Notes: generated from the sequence alone by a model not told the origin. A stretch of 64,000 bases of DNA from an uncultured virus (IMG/VR IMGVR_UViG_3300024999_000036) (IMGVR_UViG_3300024999_000036), one strand, 5' to 3'; shown: positions 32,558 through 42,764, counted from the first letter of the stretch. Made by a program: numbers and translations.

Positions 32558-32929
32558 TTGAATCAGGTTGTTACTCGGTTGTTGCTTATGTATTAATTTA
32601 CTTAGTGCTTAGTGCATGGATAGATTATATCAAAATTAATAGTGGCAGTCAAGCATTATTTATATTATTGTTTTGTTAAGTTTATTAGGTTATATGTGTT
32701 TATATTGTTATATTATATATAGGTTTGTGTAATAATCGTTATGTAGGCTGATTTGAGGAGTTTTAGGTGTTATGATAGGTGTTAAGGTGTTAAAGGGGAT
32801 TATATGGGCATTGTGGGAATAGGTGTTTTGTTGTGTTGAGGTTGTTTGTTGGAGTTGTTGTTGGAGAATAGGGATCTGTTATTGGGTTATTGGAAAAGGG
32901 AAAAGAAAAAACCTACTAAATAGTAGGTT

Positions 32930-33589
32930 TTAAGCTGTATATAATTTCATCTCGTATTCGTTCAATTCCTTTTTGGTTAGTTCCCTGTTATATCCAACTA
33001 TTCCCCATTTACCCTTGTTATTGTCTATCCCTATAAAATCCCTTGGTTGACAACCAGGAGAAGGGGATCTGAATTTTAACTCATACCAGTATATATTGCT
33101 TTTATTTTTCCATTTTTCGAATTCTTTTTCGGCCTTGTATTCTGATATGAATTTTTTGTATAATTCCAGTTCGGTCAATTGTTCTTTTAATTTTTCGTTC
33201 TCTTCCTGCAATTTACTGTCAATAGGATTATTCCAATAATGTATATTGTCGGTGTAATCTTCAAACAATGTATTATTGTTATCGTCAACAATCTCAGTGT
33301 AAATATCATAGGTTTCTATAGTTTTATGAATACCTTTTTTAACTAGAAGTGATACAAAATAACTGGCTGTCAATACTTCAGATAAGGTATTATAATTATA
33401 TTCACGTTGATCAAGTTCGTTGGATAGTTTGAGACATAGTTTATATTTTACTGTTGTATTAGTATTGCCATATTGCCGGATATTATCTTTTATAGAATTT
33501 AGGGACATTCTTATTACTTGTTTTTGAATCTCAGGATATTTATAAGATTGTAGATCGTTGTAGATGTTACCAGTGTTTTTAATTGTCAT
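32930..33589 (-). CDS. protein with C-terminal DarA_C-like (defence-against-restriction) domain
   Basis: YWYELKFRSPSPGCQP...WGIVGYNRELTKKEL.EYEM. Confidence 0.6.
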   Translation of the reverse strand: MTIKNTGNIYNDLQSYKYPEIQKQVIRMSLNSIKDNIRQYGNTNTTVKYKLCLKLSNELDQREYNYNTLSEVLTASYFVSLLVKKGIHKTIETYDIYTEIVDDNNNTLFEDYTDNIHYWNNPIDSKLQEENEKLKEQLTELELYKKFISEYKAEKEFEKWKNKSNIYWYELKFRSPSPGCQPRDFIGIDNNKGKWGIVGYNRELTKKELNEYEMKLYTA

Positions 33590-33906
33590 TGTTGTATGAC
33601 CTCCTTTTTGTGGTTGGTGATATGTAAAATAATTTGACAAGATAATTATATCAAATTAGCATTTGAATGTCTATAAGTTTAGGGTATTTGTTAGGATTAT
33701 TTATTTTATTGTTTTTAACAGTGTTAACTGTGCAACTATATTATAAATTATGTCTTCATAGGAAGTTGAATAAGGGTAGTTAAATTAGTTTTAAGTAGGA
33801 TAGGATGTAGTGTTTGAGGATGGGAACGTGGGAGGGATTATTGGATATAGTTTGATATATGGGAGCTGTGGGAGAAAAGGGGAAAGAAAAAACCCTCTTA
33901 AGAGGG

Positions 33907-34533
33907 TTAATATTTATAAATTAATGTTCTATAATGTAGTTTTTGAATGTTGTATCCTCCTGCTAGTATTGTATCTATATTTATAGTTCCCTTTTCTCCT
34001 TTAATGATTCCGTCCATACCCTTGTTAGGGTTATATTCAAGTCTAGTTATTCTTTCTATATTCCCCACATTGTCTTTAATCATGTAGATTAATTCTTTAA
34101 GCATAAAATCATGAGTGTAAATAATTTCTTTGTCAGTCCATTTTCCCTTATCCCAGGTTGCAAGTGCAGTTAATTCCATCTCTTTAACTTTTAATATTAA
34201 GGGTTCAATATTATCTTTGTTGTTTGCCATGTATTTATCATATTCAGTTTGATTTAATCCTTCCTTTTCTTTTTTATCAAGTATCGGTTTTAACTGCTCA
34301 AGCATTTTAATATCTTCCGTTAAATCTTTAGTATAGCTTTTTATGGTGTCTGCATGATCTTTTAATCGTGGTAAGTAGTTTTTAGCTTCTGTATTTAAAT
34401 TAACTATACTTTCAGCATTTTCTTTAATTAAACTCTTAGTATTTTCGCATACTCTAGAACGTTCAATATATATACCTTTGATTTCTCCTAGTGTCTTAGA
34501 TTCCCAAAATTCTTTAAATTCTTTTTTAGTCAT
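33907..34533 (-). CDS. phage hypothetical protein
   Basis: C-terminal GII.GEKG...I.TI.AGGYNIQ.LH.R motif. Confidence 0.7.
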   Translation of the reverse strand: MTKKEFKEFWESKTLGEIKGIYIERSRVCENTKSLIKENAESIVNLNTEAKNYLPRLKDHADTIKSYTKDLTEDIKMLEQLKPILDKKEKEGLNQTEYDKYMANNKDNIEPLILKVKEMELTALATWDKGKWTDKEIIYTHDFMLKELIYMIKDNVGNIERITRLEYNPNKGMDGIIKGEKGTINIDTILAGGYNIQKLHYRTLIYKY

Positions 34534-34822
34534 TCGGTAGACCTCCTTAAATTTATGTATAGTTCAACTACTATTATATCAAATGGTAGGTGATATGTAC
34601 AGTATTACTTTATAGAAAAATATATTAATATTGTGTTTATTTTAGGTTAGATTTAAGCATAGATTTTATATTTTATTGACTGGATAGGGTTAAAACGTGC
34701 TAGGATTGGATATATGGGTAGGGAATTAATTTTAGGTACTAGGAGAGGTGTAAAGGATTTAAGATGGGTTAAAAGGGATTGTGTGAGGTTGTTTTTTGTT
34801 TGTTGGTTGTGGAGGGTTAAAA

Positions 34823-34838
34823 TGTTCTACGTGGAACA
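34823..34838. other. parS: parS site (1 mismatch)
   Basis: TGTTCTACGTGGAACA in intergenic DNA. Confidence 0.75.
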
Positions 34839-34912
34839 TTATTTATTTTTTGGTTGTGTTATATTGGAGAAGTGAAAAGAAAAAGCCACTACAAAAGTGG
34901 CTTTAAAACTAA

Positions 34913-35518
34913 TTAAAAAACATATATTAAATTAACATTATCTCTTTCAGCAAAAAATTTTTCAGCTATAGGACATTGGCTGCATATTGCTGTATTGCAT
35001 TCTTTTGGATGTCTACAAGCAGATCCATCTATTCCGCATATGTCAGGTGCTTCCATTTTTTTATGGTAGATAATTCTATTTCCGGTTAACTTCTCTGCTA
35101 TAAGTTTTTTAAGGTACTGCTCGGCATAACTGTCTTTACTAAAAACCTGTTTATCAATTTGCCATAACCATATTGATCCATTATATTCAGGATTTTTTAC
35201 AATGTCTATTTTAATGCCATTGCTTAAGGTAATATAAAATTTATTTTCGCTTACCTGTTTTGCAGGTATTAAATCAAAGATTTCTATTTCCTGCTCAGGT
35301 GCTTTGTCACTGTAATATCTACTATTAGGATGTTTGTCGCTCCAAAACTCTGTAATACAAGTGTCGGTATCGGTTACTTCATAAAAAGTACCATTCGTTA
35401 CGGTTGCATACTGTTTTCTAATGTAACCATTTTCCAGTGTGGAATATTCCTTGAATTCTAGACCGTAAATGATCTGGTTTTTAGCTGCTTGGTATTCTTG
35501 AAAATTTACTAATTGCAT
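34913..35518 (-). CDS. hypothetical protein with C-terminal Cys cluster
   Basis: AAGGAGG RBS; terminator. Confidence 0.7.
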   Translation of the reverse strand: MQLVNFQEYQAAKNQIIYGLEFKEYSTLENGYIRKQYATVTNGTFYEVTDTDTCITEFWSDKHPNSRYYSDKAPEQEIEIFDLIPAKQVSENKFYITLSNGIKIDIVKNPEYNGSIWLWQIDKQVFSKDSYAEQYLKKLIAEKLTGNRIIYHKKMEAPDICGIDGSACRHPKECNTAICSQCPIAEKFFAERDNVNLIYVF

Positions 35519-35582
35519 TGTTTCGGCCTCCTTAGTTATTCCCTATACTAGCTTACGTGTTTGAAGTGTAGGGAATATATTG

Positions 35583-36227
35583 TTATAAAGATTTAATCAG
35601 CTTAACCATTTGTTCGTTACGTTTATACATTTTACCTTTTTTATCTCCTATCAGTTTTAAAACCGTATCAGTAAACAAACAAGCAAAATTTTCTTTTCCG
35701 TTCTTTTCTGCGTATTTTTCTTTTCCTTCCTTGTCAAATCTAAAAGATTTATGGTTAAATATTACATCATGGATCTGGTGTGCTATTTCGTGGATAACCG
35801 TTTTAACTTCTGCATTGGCTTTAATGTAAATTTGTTTAAAATCTGAGAAATAAACACCTTCCCAAGCGGTTCTAACTGAGCAAAATTGTAGTTTATCCAT
35901 AGTTTGGATATTTAGGGTTATTCTATTTGTTATGCCAGGAAAAACTGTATTTATCTTATCTATTCCTTGCTGAATTGTTTCTGTTAAATTGTCTGTTAAG
36001 GTTGTAAAAGGATTGCTATTATTATTTAATTCTATTTTTTGCAGTTTGCACCAACGATCCCGGCTAAAATCTTCAGTTCCTGTGTTTATTATTTCGTCTG
36101 ATTCGCTGTCTAGTATTACATATGATACGTTTAGCATTTCTATAGTGTTTAATGGTTGTGCATTGTATCTTACCCAGCCTTGACTTGCTATGTAAACTTC
36201 TTTGATGTCTCCGTATACTCTTGTCAT
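35583..36227 (-). CDS. HExxH zincin metallopeptidase-like protein
   Basis: TVIHEIAH.I...YA..N..ENFA..F. Confidence 0.7.
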   Translation of the reverse strand: MTRVYGDIKEVYIASQGWVRYNAQPLNTIEMLNVSYVILDSESDEIINTGTEDFSRDRWCKLQKIELNNNSNPFTTLTDNLTETIQQGIDKINTVFPGITNRITLNIQTMDKLQFCSVRTAWEGVYFSDFKQIYIKANAEVKTVIHEIAHQIHDVIFNHKSFRFDKEGKEKYAEKNGKENFACLFTDTVLKLIGDKKGKMYKRNEQMVKLIKSL

Positions 36228-36799
36228 TTGGAATACCTCCTTGATTTTATATTTTTTCTCTTTATTATATCAAATTTTAGGGTAAATGTATATAGATTTT
36301 AGATATTTATTTTAGTATTTTTTATATTTGTTTTTCTTATAGTTGAAAGGAATAAAGTTAACGTGTGTTTACTTATATTTGGTAATATATAGGTTGTTTG
36401 AGGTGGCTTTATATAGGCTTTATACAATGCTAATATAATATATTATGGTATGGAAATTAGGTGTATTTGAGGTGTTTTATACATTTATGCATGTATTAAT
36501 GAGTTAATATGTATATTTATACTGAATATTGGTAGATATTAGGTATGAGATAGATTGTACCTATGATTATACAAGGGTTTGAGGTGTGTCGTGAGAATGC
36601 CCAGGAAGGACTGTATAATTTATTTAGTGTATGTTAGTAGGTTGGATTGGTTGGTTAGAGTGATGAGAGGAAGAAGGAAAGAATAGAGGTAAGGAGAGAT
36701 AGGAAAGGGAATGTATTAGTATTATTTATTGTTTAGGATTTGGTTGGATTATGATTTGATATTATTAATAATGTATCATGATGGGAAATAAAAAAGAGG

Positions 36800-37366
36800 T
36801 TATAGTTCAACCTCTTTTAATATCTCTATTTGATTATTATTGAATACTATTACTGTTAATTCCTGCTGATTTAAGAAATCTTTCAGATCCTCATAACCTG
36901 TGATATAATCTTCTCTATCATAAGAATTAACACTATATAAATCTAACCCGTTGTATTCAGTATCTATTTTTAACTTATACTTATGACCTCTTGGTGTTTG
37001 ATATATTGTTTCACCAGTTGTATATAATTCCTGTTCGTTTACTTTAGGTATATCATTAAATATTATTCCGTCATAACCTAGAGATTTTAAATTGATTCTT
37101 ACTACATCACATAGACTTCTATAACCTTCTAAATCTGTATTTCTTAATTCTTTTGCAAGTTTATTTATAATATTATGCGGTGCTGGATTGTTTAAGGTTA
37201 CAATACATTCTTTGAGATAGTTTGCTTTTCTGAATGAAGGAGAAGTATTCTTCTTACTAGAGAACCAAAAACCATTATAAAGAGCGTCTGTCTCGTTAGC
37301 TTTGATTTTATTTTCATTAAAGTATGTAAAGGATTCAGTTGAAGCATGGTATAGAGTGTATTTCAT
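36800..37366 (-). CDS. ADP-ribosyltransferase-like protein (ART-PolyVal type)
   Basis: LYHAS...F..F, GFWFS, LNNP, LGYDGII, IVFNNNQI. Confidence 0.7.
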   Translation of the reverse strand: MKYTLYHASTESFTYFNENKIKANETDALYNGFWFSSKKNTSPSFRKANYLKECIVTLNNPAPHNIINKLAKELRNTDLEGYRSLCDVVRINLKSLGYDGIIFNDIPKVNEQELYTTGETIYQTPRGHKYKLKIDTEYNGLDLYSVNSYDREDYITGYEDLKDFLNQQELTVIVFNNNQIEILKEVEL

Positions 37367-37746
37367 TATATAACCCTCCTTAAATATGTTACTATATATT
37401 ATATTCTACAAAAGGATGAGGAATACCTTCTTTTTTAGAAAATTATTTTATGATTTTATAAATATCTTTTGCAAAAAAATTATAGATATTTTTTATATTT
37501 GTCTATGTTTATTGTAGATGTATTGATTAATTGTTTATTTTTATTAATTATTTGTATAGTGGTTAAGTGTCCCAATTTATTGTATGTTTTATAGGGTAAA
37601 GTGGAGAGTTGATGCCTGGATTTGGTTGTTTTTAGGTGTGAAGTGGAGTGTACTACCTTATTAATACACTGGTACATTAATAGTTCAAAAATCCACTGTA
37701 TGTTATAATATCCGATACCTAGATATACTAGGTATTAATTTTAAGA

Positions 37747-37762
37747 TGTTCCACGTAGAACA
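37747..37762. other. parS: parS site (1 mismatch)
   Basis: TGTTCCACGTAGAACA in intergenic DNA. Confidence 0.75.
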
Positions 37763-38180
37763 ATGAGTAAATTTTTATTTTAATATTGTGTTGTGTTGGT
37801 TGCTGGGTGCATAGCTGGGACTGGATTTTTTTATATTTTAATTTAACTCTTAATTTTAATCCTATTCAATTTTACAGGTCGTATTATACTTATAATCAAT
37901 TTAACGTCCCTATTTGGGCGTTGTGTGAAGGATAATATGAAGGATTTTATTATTAAAACTTAAGATTTAACTAGGATACAGCTATATTTTTCATAACTAC
38001 CAAGTTATTCATCTAAAAAATAACACTGACTCCTTACATAATTTATATATTATATAGCAAGCTAGACGTTTATAAATGTAAATTTTACCTCATACTCCCA
38101 ATAATTCACCTCGCAATATATCTTGTGGGAGAAATTTTTTGAATGTCAGATAGACGGGGGCATAGTTTACAAATTGAGAG

Positions 38181-38195
38181 TGATAATCATTATCA
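38181..38195. promoter_or_regulatory. Fur-box-like 7-1-7 palindrome
   Basis: TGATAAT-C-ATTATCA. Confidence 0.45.
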
Positions 38196-38745
38196 ATAGG
38201 CAGGACATCTATTCATCTTCGACACCAAAATTATTTTTAAACTCCGACTCATCGCAAATTAATCGTACAACTCCACAAATTACAACTATTTCCACATATT
38301 AATTATCATAAATAATAATCAATAATCAACTCTAATCTACCACAATTTCATCTTAAATTTACAATAAATATACCGTAAATTAACCTATCTATTATCATAA
38401 TTATATCATATTTAATCACCCATAAAACACAATTATATCAACACTTTACTACTCTCTTATCACTCTTATTTTTCTCCTTCTCATTCCCACTTAATATTAT
38501 CATAAATTAATTATAAATTTTAAAATTAAACTACAAATCACGAATAATATTTTACACTAAATAATTATATCTTATATATCTTATAAAATCATCATTAATC
38601 CTATCAAACCATTAATATACCTACATTAACAATCAATTAATTAAACCAAACAAAGCGGTTTTATTGATAAATAACCCTGTTTGTTTGAAATTTTTCTATA
38701 TTATTCATCACTCTTTTATCCACTCTACACCTAAACCTACACCTA

Positions 38746-39126
38746 TTACCCTCGCTTTCCCAACTCATCTTTTTTCTTAACCATTTCCCATACTTTCCTA
38801 TGTAACCCTTCATCCCTTATCAATCCTTCTAACACAGTAAAACTAATTTTCCCATACCTAATACTTAATTTTACCTCATCTACACCATAAATTAAACTCA
38901 ATCCTTTAATCAATTCCTCATTAGGTACTTTCTTTCCTCTTTCAATATCACTTAAACTTGTAGCACTATTTAAATCTAACTTATCAGCAACATCAATTAA
39001 TCTTAAGCCTAATTTATCCCTTAATCTACTCAAATAATATCCATTTTCTATGTTCTTAGATACAATTTTTATTCTCTTATCTATATCTTTGTTTATGTTT
39101 TTATTATTCTTATCATCATTGTTCAT
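38746..39126 (-). CDS. XRE-family HTH transcriptional regulator
   Basis: LR.KLGL.L.DVA..L....SLSDIERGKKVP. Confidence 0.85.
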   Translation of the reverse strand: MNNDDKNNKNINKDIDKRIKIVSKNIENGYYLSRLRDKLGLRLIDVADKLDLNSATSLSDIERGKKVPNEELIKGLSLIYGVDEVKLSIRYGKISFTVLEGLIRDEGLHRKVWEMVKKKDELGKRG

Positions 39127-39319
39127 AGTTTTTACTACTCCTTTAGCATAATATAATTTTACAAAAAATAATCCCCTTTATAAAAAGAGGATTCAATTTA
39201 TATCTATATAGGAGGAGGTCTTAACTTTACTTTACTTTACCTAAATTTTAATTTAATCTTATATTATTCTATCCATTAATTCTTAATACTATACTTTGCT
39301 TTATTCTATTTTATTCTAC

Positions 39320-39428
39320 AAAATAAAATATAATCACTATCTCACCAATATAGGAAAGTAGTGATTATATTACGTATTACGTGGGAGTGCTATTGCGTAT
39401 AAACTATGTGACTCCGCTATTGAATATA
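39320..39428 (-). ncRNA. candidate small RNA
   Basis: TTGACA-17-TAATAT promoter, about 110 nt with no ORF or RBS, 13-bp stem plus U-tract terminator. Confidence 0.4.
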
Positions 39429-39490
39429 ATAAAATATTATCACAACTATAATAACTTGTCAATATTAATTTATTCTATCATTTCAAATTC

Positions 39491-39760
39491 CTATTCATTC
39501 CTACTATTATACCCTAAAAACCATAATAAACTACCACAAAACACTCCAAATCCATAACATATATATCCAATACTCTTAAATAACATTCCTAATCCTACCC
39601 CTAATACACTATTCTCTACATCACCAATTATTAACCCAGCTATTGAAAACAATGACAAACTTAACATAGATGATATATACATTATATTTTTAACATTTAC
39701 ACTAACATTGCTAACATTACTTCTACTGTTTATATTTAATTTATCTGTACCTTCTATCAT
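39491..39760 (-). CDS. two-TM membrane protein
   Basis: hydrophobic helices; AAGGAG RBS. Confidence 0.6.
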   Translation of the reverse strand: MIEGTDKLNINSRSNVSNVSVNVKNIMYISSMLSLSLFSIAGLIIGDVENSVLGVGLGMLFKSIGYICYGFGVFCGSLLWFLGYNSRNE

Positions 39761-40177
39761 TTAATTTATCTCCTTTTTAAATTTATATTATTATAACCGT
39801 CAAAATTAAATTTTATTCTTACTATTATTTTCCTTTATAATTATATTAATATTAACTAATAAATGAATCAATCAACTAAATGGGGCGTACTTTTACAATT
39901 CATACTTTTCACACTACTCCCCCTCTACGTTCACCTCAATTTTTACTCATAAAACATACCAATTAATTATGTTTCACATAATCTTCTTAGTCTTATTTGA
40001 TTTATAAAGTAATTAATAGGATTTAACTGTATTTTTCGTATTTTCTACAATACGTATTATAACTCATATTGTAATATATATTCTCATTCATATTCTTACC
40101 CATATTCTTACTAATCTCTAATATTATTATCTACTAATGTACAGACTATACTCATACTAAAAAAACAAATAAAAAAT

Positions 40178-40921
40178 TCAACCATTTCTGATTGAATCAA
40201 ATAAATACTTTTTAATTTCACTTACAGTTATAACAATAAATTTTAACTTATCTCCAACTTCCTTTCCTATACTTTTATCAAACACTCTAAATTCTATATT
40301 ATCTCTCTCAACATACTCTAACACCTTCAACTTCTTCTTATCATTATTACAAACAATCAATATATGTGGGAATCTCTTAACTCTATCATACCAAAACTCA
40401 CCCTTATAATTGTTACTCCTATAAATATCAACATAATCTTTAATCTTAGTAAATTTATTTCTACTCTCTACTCTATCACTTTCAATTATCACATATCTAA
40501 ATTCATTGGTAACATAATTTCTAAATCCAATTATACCATCTGGTCTTTTGCCACATCCCATAACATACTCATTTCTAATATCTACAAACTTATAATATTC
40601 TTTAAATTTATACATATATAAATTATAAATATATCCCCAATTTCTATTTGTATCATGCTCTAGAAACTTAGGTTTCTTATCTATAAAATAAATTCTATGT
40701 TCGTTTATATCTAATCTCACACTATTAATTTTTTCTTTTTTTAATATAATTCTCAATCTCTCTCTACACTTAACTATTCCATGTTTTATATCAGTAAAAA
40801 ATAAATAATATATCTGCTCAGTATTTAAACATTCAAACATCTCAATTGTATCTACTATACACCTATCTCGGTAATAACCTTTTTGTCTCGTATTCATATA
40901 TTTGAAATTGTTCTCCAACAT
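40178..40921 (-). CDS. replication-relaxation family protein (wHTH + PD-(D/E)xK)
   Basis: RD..I......L.T.QI..LFF; RPDG...IIESDR...KI..Y...FP.ILIV; overlaps FtsK gene. Confidence 0.75.
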   Translation of the reverse strand: MLENNFKYMNTRQKGYYRDRCIVDTIEMFECLNTEQIYYLFFTDIKHGIVKCRERLRIILKKEKINSVRLDINEHRIYFIDKKPKFLEHDTNRNWGYIYNLYMYKFKEYYKFVDIRNEYVMGCGKRPDGIIGFRNYVTNEFRYVIIESDRVESRNKFTKIKDYVDIYRSNNYKGEFWYDRVKRFPHILIVCNNDKKKLKVLEYVERDNIEFRVFDKSIGKEVGDKLKFIVITVSEIKKYLFDSIRNG

Positions 40922-42152
40922 ACCTATCATCACCTTTAATCTTCTTATCAAACATTTTTAATCTCAATATAGCTTCTTCTTGTTCTAATAACATTGCTTG
41001 CAATTCCATTTGTTTGCTACCTAATTGAAATATCATTCTACCTTTTATATTTGGCAAATAATAAGCATCTGTATTTCCTAATACAGTCATAGATGTACCA
41101 TAGTTAACACATTTAAATGATATTGCACATGGAAAATTACTCTTTATCTCCATAGGAATTAATTTATCTGATGGTCTTTGCATTGCTATAATTAAATGTA
41201 CCCCAGTCTTTGCACTTATCATTCCTAAATCTGCACATATACTTTGCAATCTTTGTCTTCTAGTCTTTGTTACTTTATCATCACTTTTTCTAGGAGATGT
41301 AAAAGCAAATTCATCTATAATTAACACAATATAATTTAATTTATTATTAGGATTTTTTTCATTGTATTTAATAAGATTTACACAATTATTCTGAACAAGA
41401 AAATATCTTCTTTTTTCTACTTCTTGCATTAAATATTCCAATATTATCTCTGCACTGTCTAAATTATATCCAAATACAACATAATCTTTTAAATGTACAA
41501 AATCAGTCATTGCTAAATCTGTAACAAATAAATCAACATTATTATTTTGCATTAAAGCATCACAAATTCCAGTTAACAAAATACTTTTACCTGATCTTGT
41601 AACACCACCAATCATTATATGTGGAACTTTTGCCAAATCTACAATTATAGGTATACCATTAACACTAACACCTATAGGGATAGGTATACATTTATCAATA
41701 TACTCAATATAATTAAAGTTATATCTATATAATTCAGGTATAATTCCTTTAATAACTTCTACCATTAATAATCCTCTTCTATTTTCTATATTAACATGTG
41801 CAATCATAGAATCAGAGAAATATTTAACCTTATCTATAATAGTTTTATAATTTAATCCATATGGTAATTTAAACATTACTTGATAATGATAATCATTAAC
41901 TTTACTAGTAGCAATATGATATGGGTATTCACCTCTGGAATTATAACAATTAGTTTGTATAAATACATTCTCTATCTCTGCTTCTATCTCTCTACCTTTC
42001 CTATTCCTAATTAATTTCTTAATTGTAGTTTTAAAGTCTTCTGGTTTCTTTTCTTTAAGCGGATTATATGATAATTGTTGCAAATACTTATTAAAATTTT
42101 CTTTAAAATTACTCTTATCTTTTTTATCATTTTTCTTTTTCTTATCTACCAT
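40863..42152 (-). CDS. FtsK/SpoIIIE-family ATPase
   Basis: PHIMIGGVTRSGKS, IVLIIDEFA, GVHLIIAMQRP, L...KGR. Confidence 0.9.
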   Translation of the reverse strand: MVDKKKKNDKKDKSNFKENFNKYLQQLSYNPLKEKKPEDFKTTIKKLIRNRKGREIEAEIENVFIQTNCYNSRGEYPYHIATSKVNDYHYQVMFKLPYGLNYKTIIDKVKYFSDSMIAHVNIENRRGLLMVEVIKGIIPELYRYNFNYIEYIDKCIPIPIGVSVNGIPIIVDLAKVPHIMIGGVTRSGKSILLTGICDALMQNNNVDLFVTDLAMTDFVHLKDYVVFGYNLDSAEIILEYLMQEVEKRRYFLVQNNCVNLIKYNEKNPNNKLNYIVLIIDEFAFTSPRKSDDKVTKTRRQRLQSICADLGMISAKTGVHLIIAMQRPSDKLIPMEIKSNFPCAISFKCVNYGTSMTVLGNTDAYYLPNIKGRMIFQLGSKQMELQAMLLEQEEAILRLKMFDKKIKGDDRYVGEQFQIYEYETKRLLPR

Positions 42153-42736
42153 TTAAACCACCTTCCTGACTTTTCTCTTGAAATATAATCCTTAAATCCT
42201 TTAATCCTATCAACTACACCTTTTTTAATATTATTGCTACCTTTAATACTATGAATATAATCAGTTACAGCATCTATACTTTTTCTGCATATCTCCTTAT
42301 CTATATCACTCATATTGCCTGATCCTATTTTGCGTGTAATATTAACCTCATCAACACCATTTTTAATTATAATCTCTATACTTCCAGGTGTTTTATCATC
42401 AGTAATTCTAGTATTTTCATTTGATTTTTCTTCTTTTTTATTTATATTATGTTCTTTTTGCTCATTATATTGTTTATTCTCATTAATCTCTTTGCTCTCA
42501 TTATAACTTTTATTTTCGTTATAAGTTTTCTCGCTAATACCACTTCCACTATCATCTACTCTAACTATTAAAGGCAACTTCTTATCCTCGATAATTAAAT
42601 CACCATAAAATTGACTATTCTCATGTCTATAAATTTTAGTATCAATATAACCATTTTTAAATAACAAATTAAAATTAAACATAACAAACATTGCCATTAT
42701 ACCTACTACAAATTTGTTAACTATTACAGTTTGCAC
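42146..42736 (-). CDS. membrane-anchored hypothetical protein
   Basis: N-terminal TM; charged low-complexity linker. Confidence 0.7.
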   Translation of the reverse strand: MQTVIVNKFVVGIMAMFVMFNFNLLFKNGYIDTKIYRHENSQFYGDLIIEDKKLPLIVRVDDSGSGISEKTYNENKSYNESKEINENKQYNEQKEHNINKKEEKSNENTRITDDKTPGSIEIIIKNGVDEVNITRKIGSGNMSDIDKEICRKSIDAVTDYIHSIKGSNNIKKGVVDRIKGFKDYISREKSGRWFKW

Positions 42737-42764
42737 ATAATCACTCCTTTTATTACTATTGCTA

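Noticed and set aside
34716..34723. KOPS/SRS polarity (GGGTAGGG at 34716; GAGAAGGG at 3371 and 33058)
   Set aside because: Too few copies, one in the opposite orientation at about 10312, and expected by chance in G-rich spacers
19100..37400. True integron cassette array
   Set aside because: No attC-like sites; genes carry their own promoters; the recombinase lacks an obvious IntI insertion
37480..37677. 65-aa ORF in the junction region
   Set aside because: No RBS; composition reflects the skewed non-coding DNA
39970..39985. Fourth parS (TGTTTCACATAATCTT)
   Set aside because: Only a half-site matches
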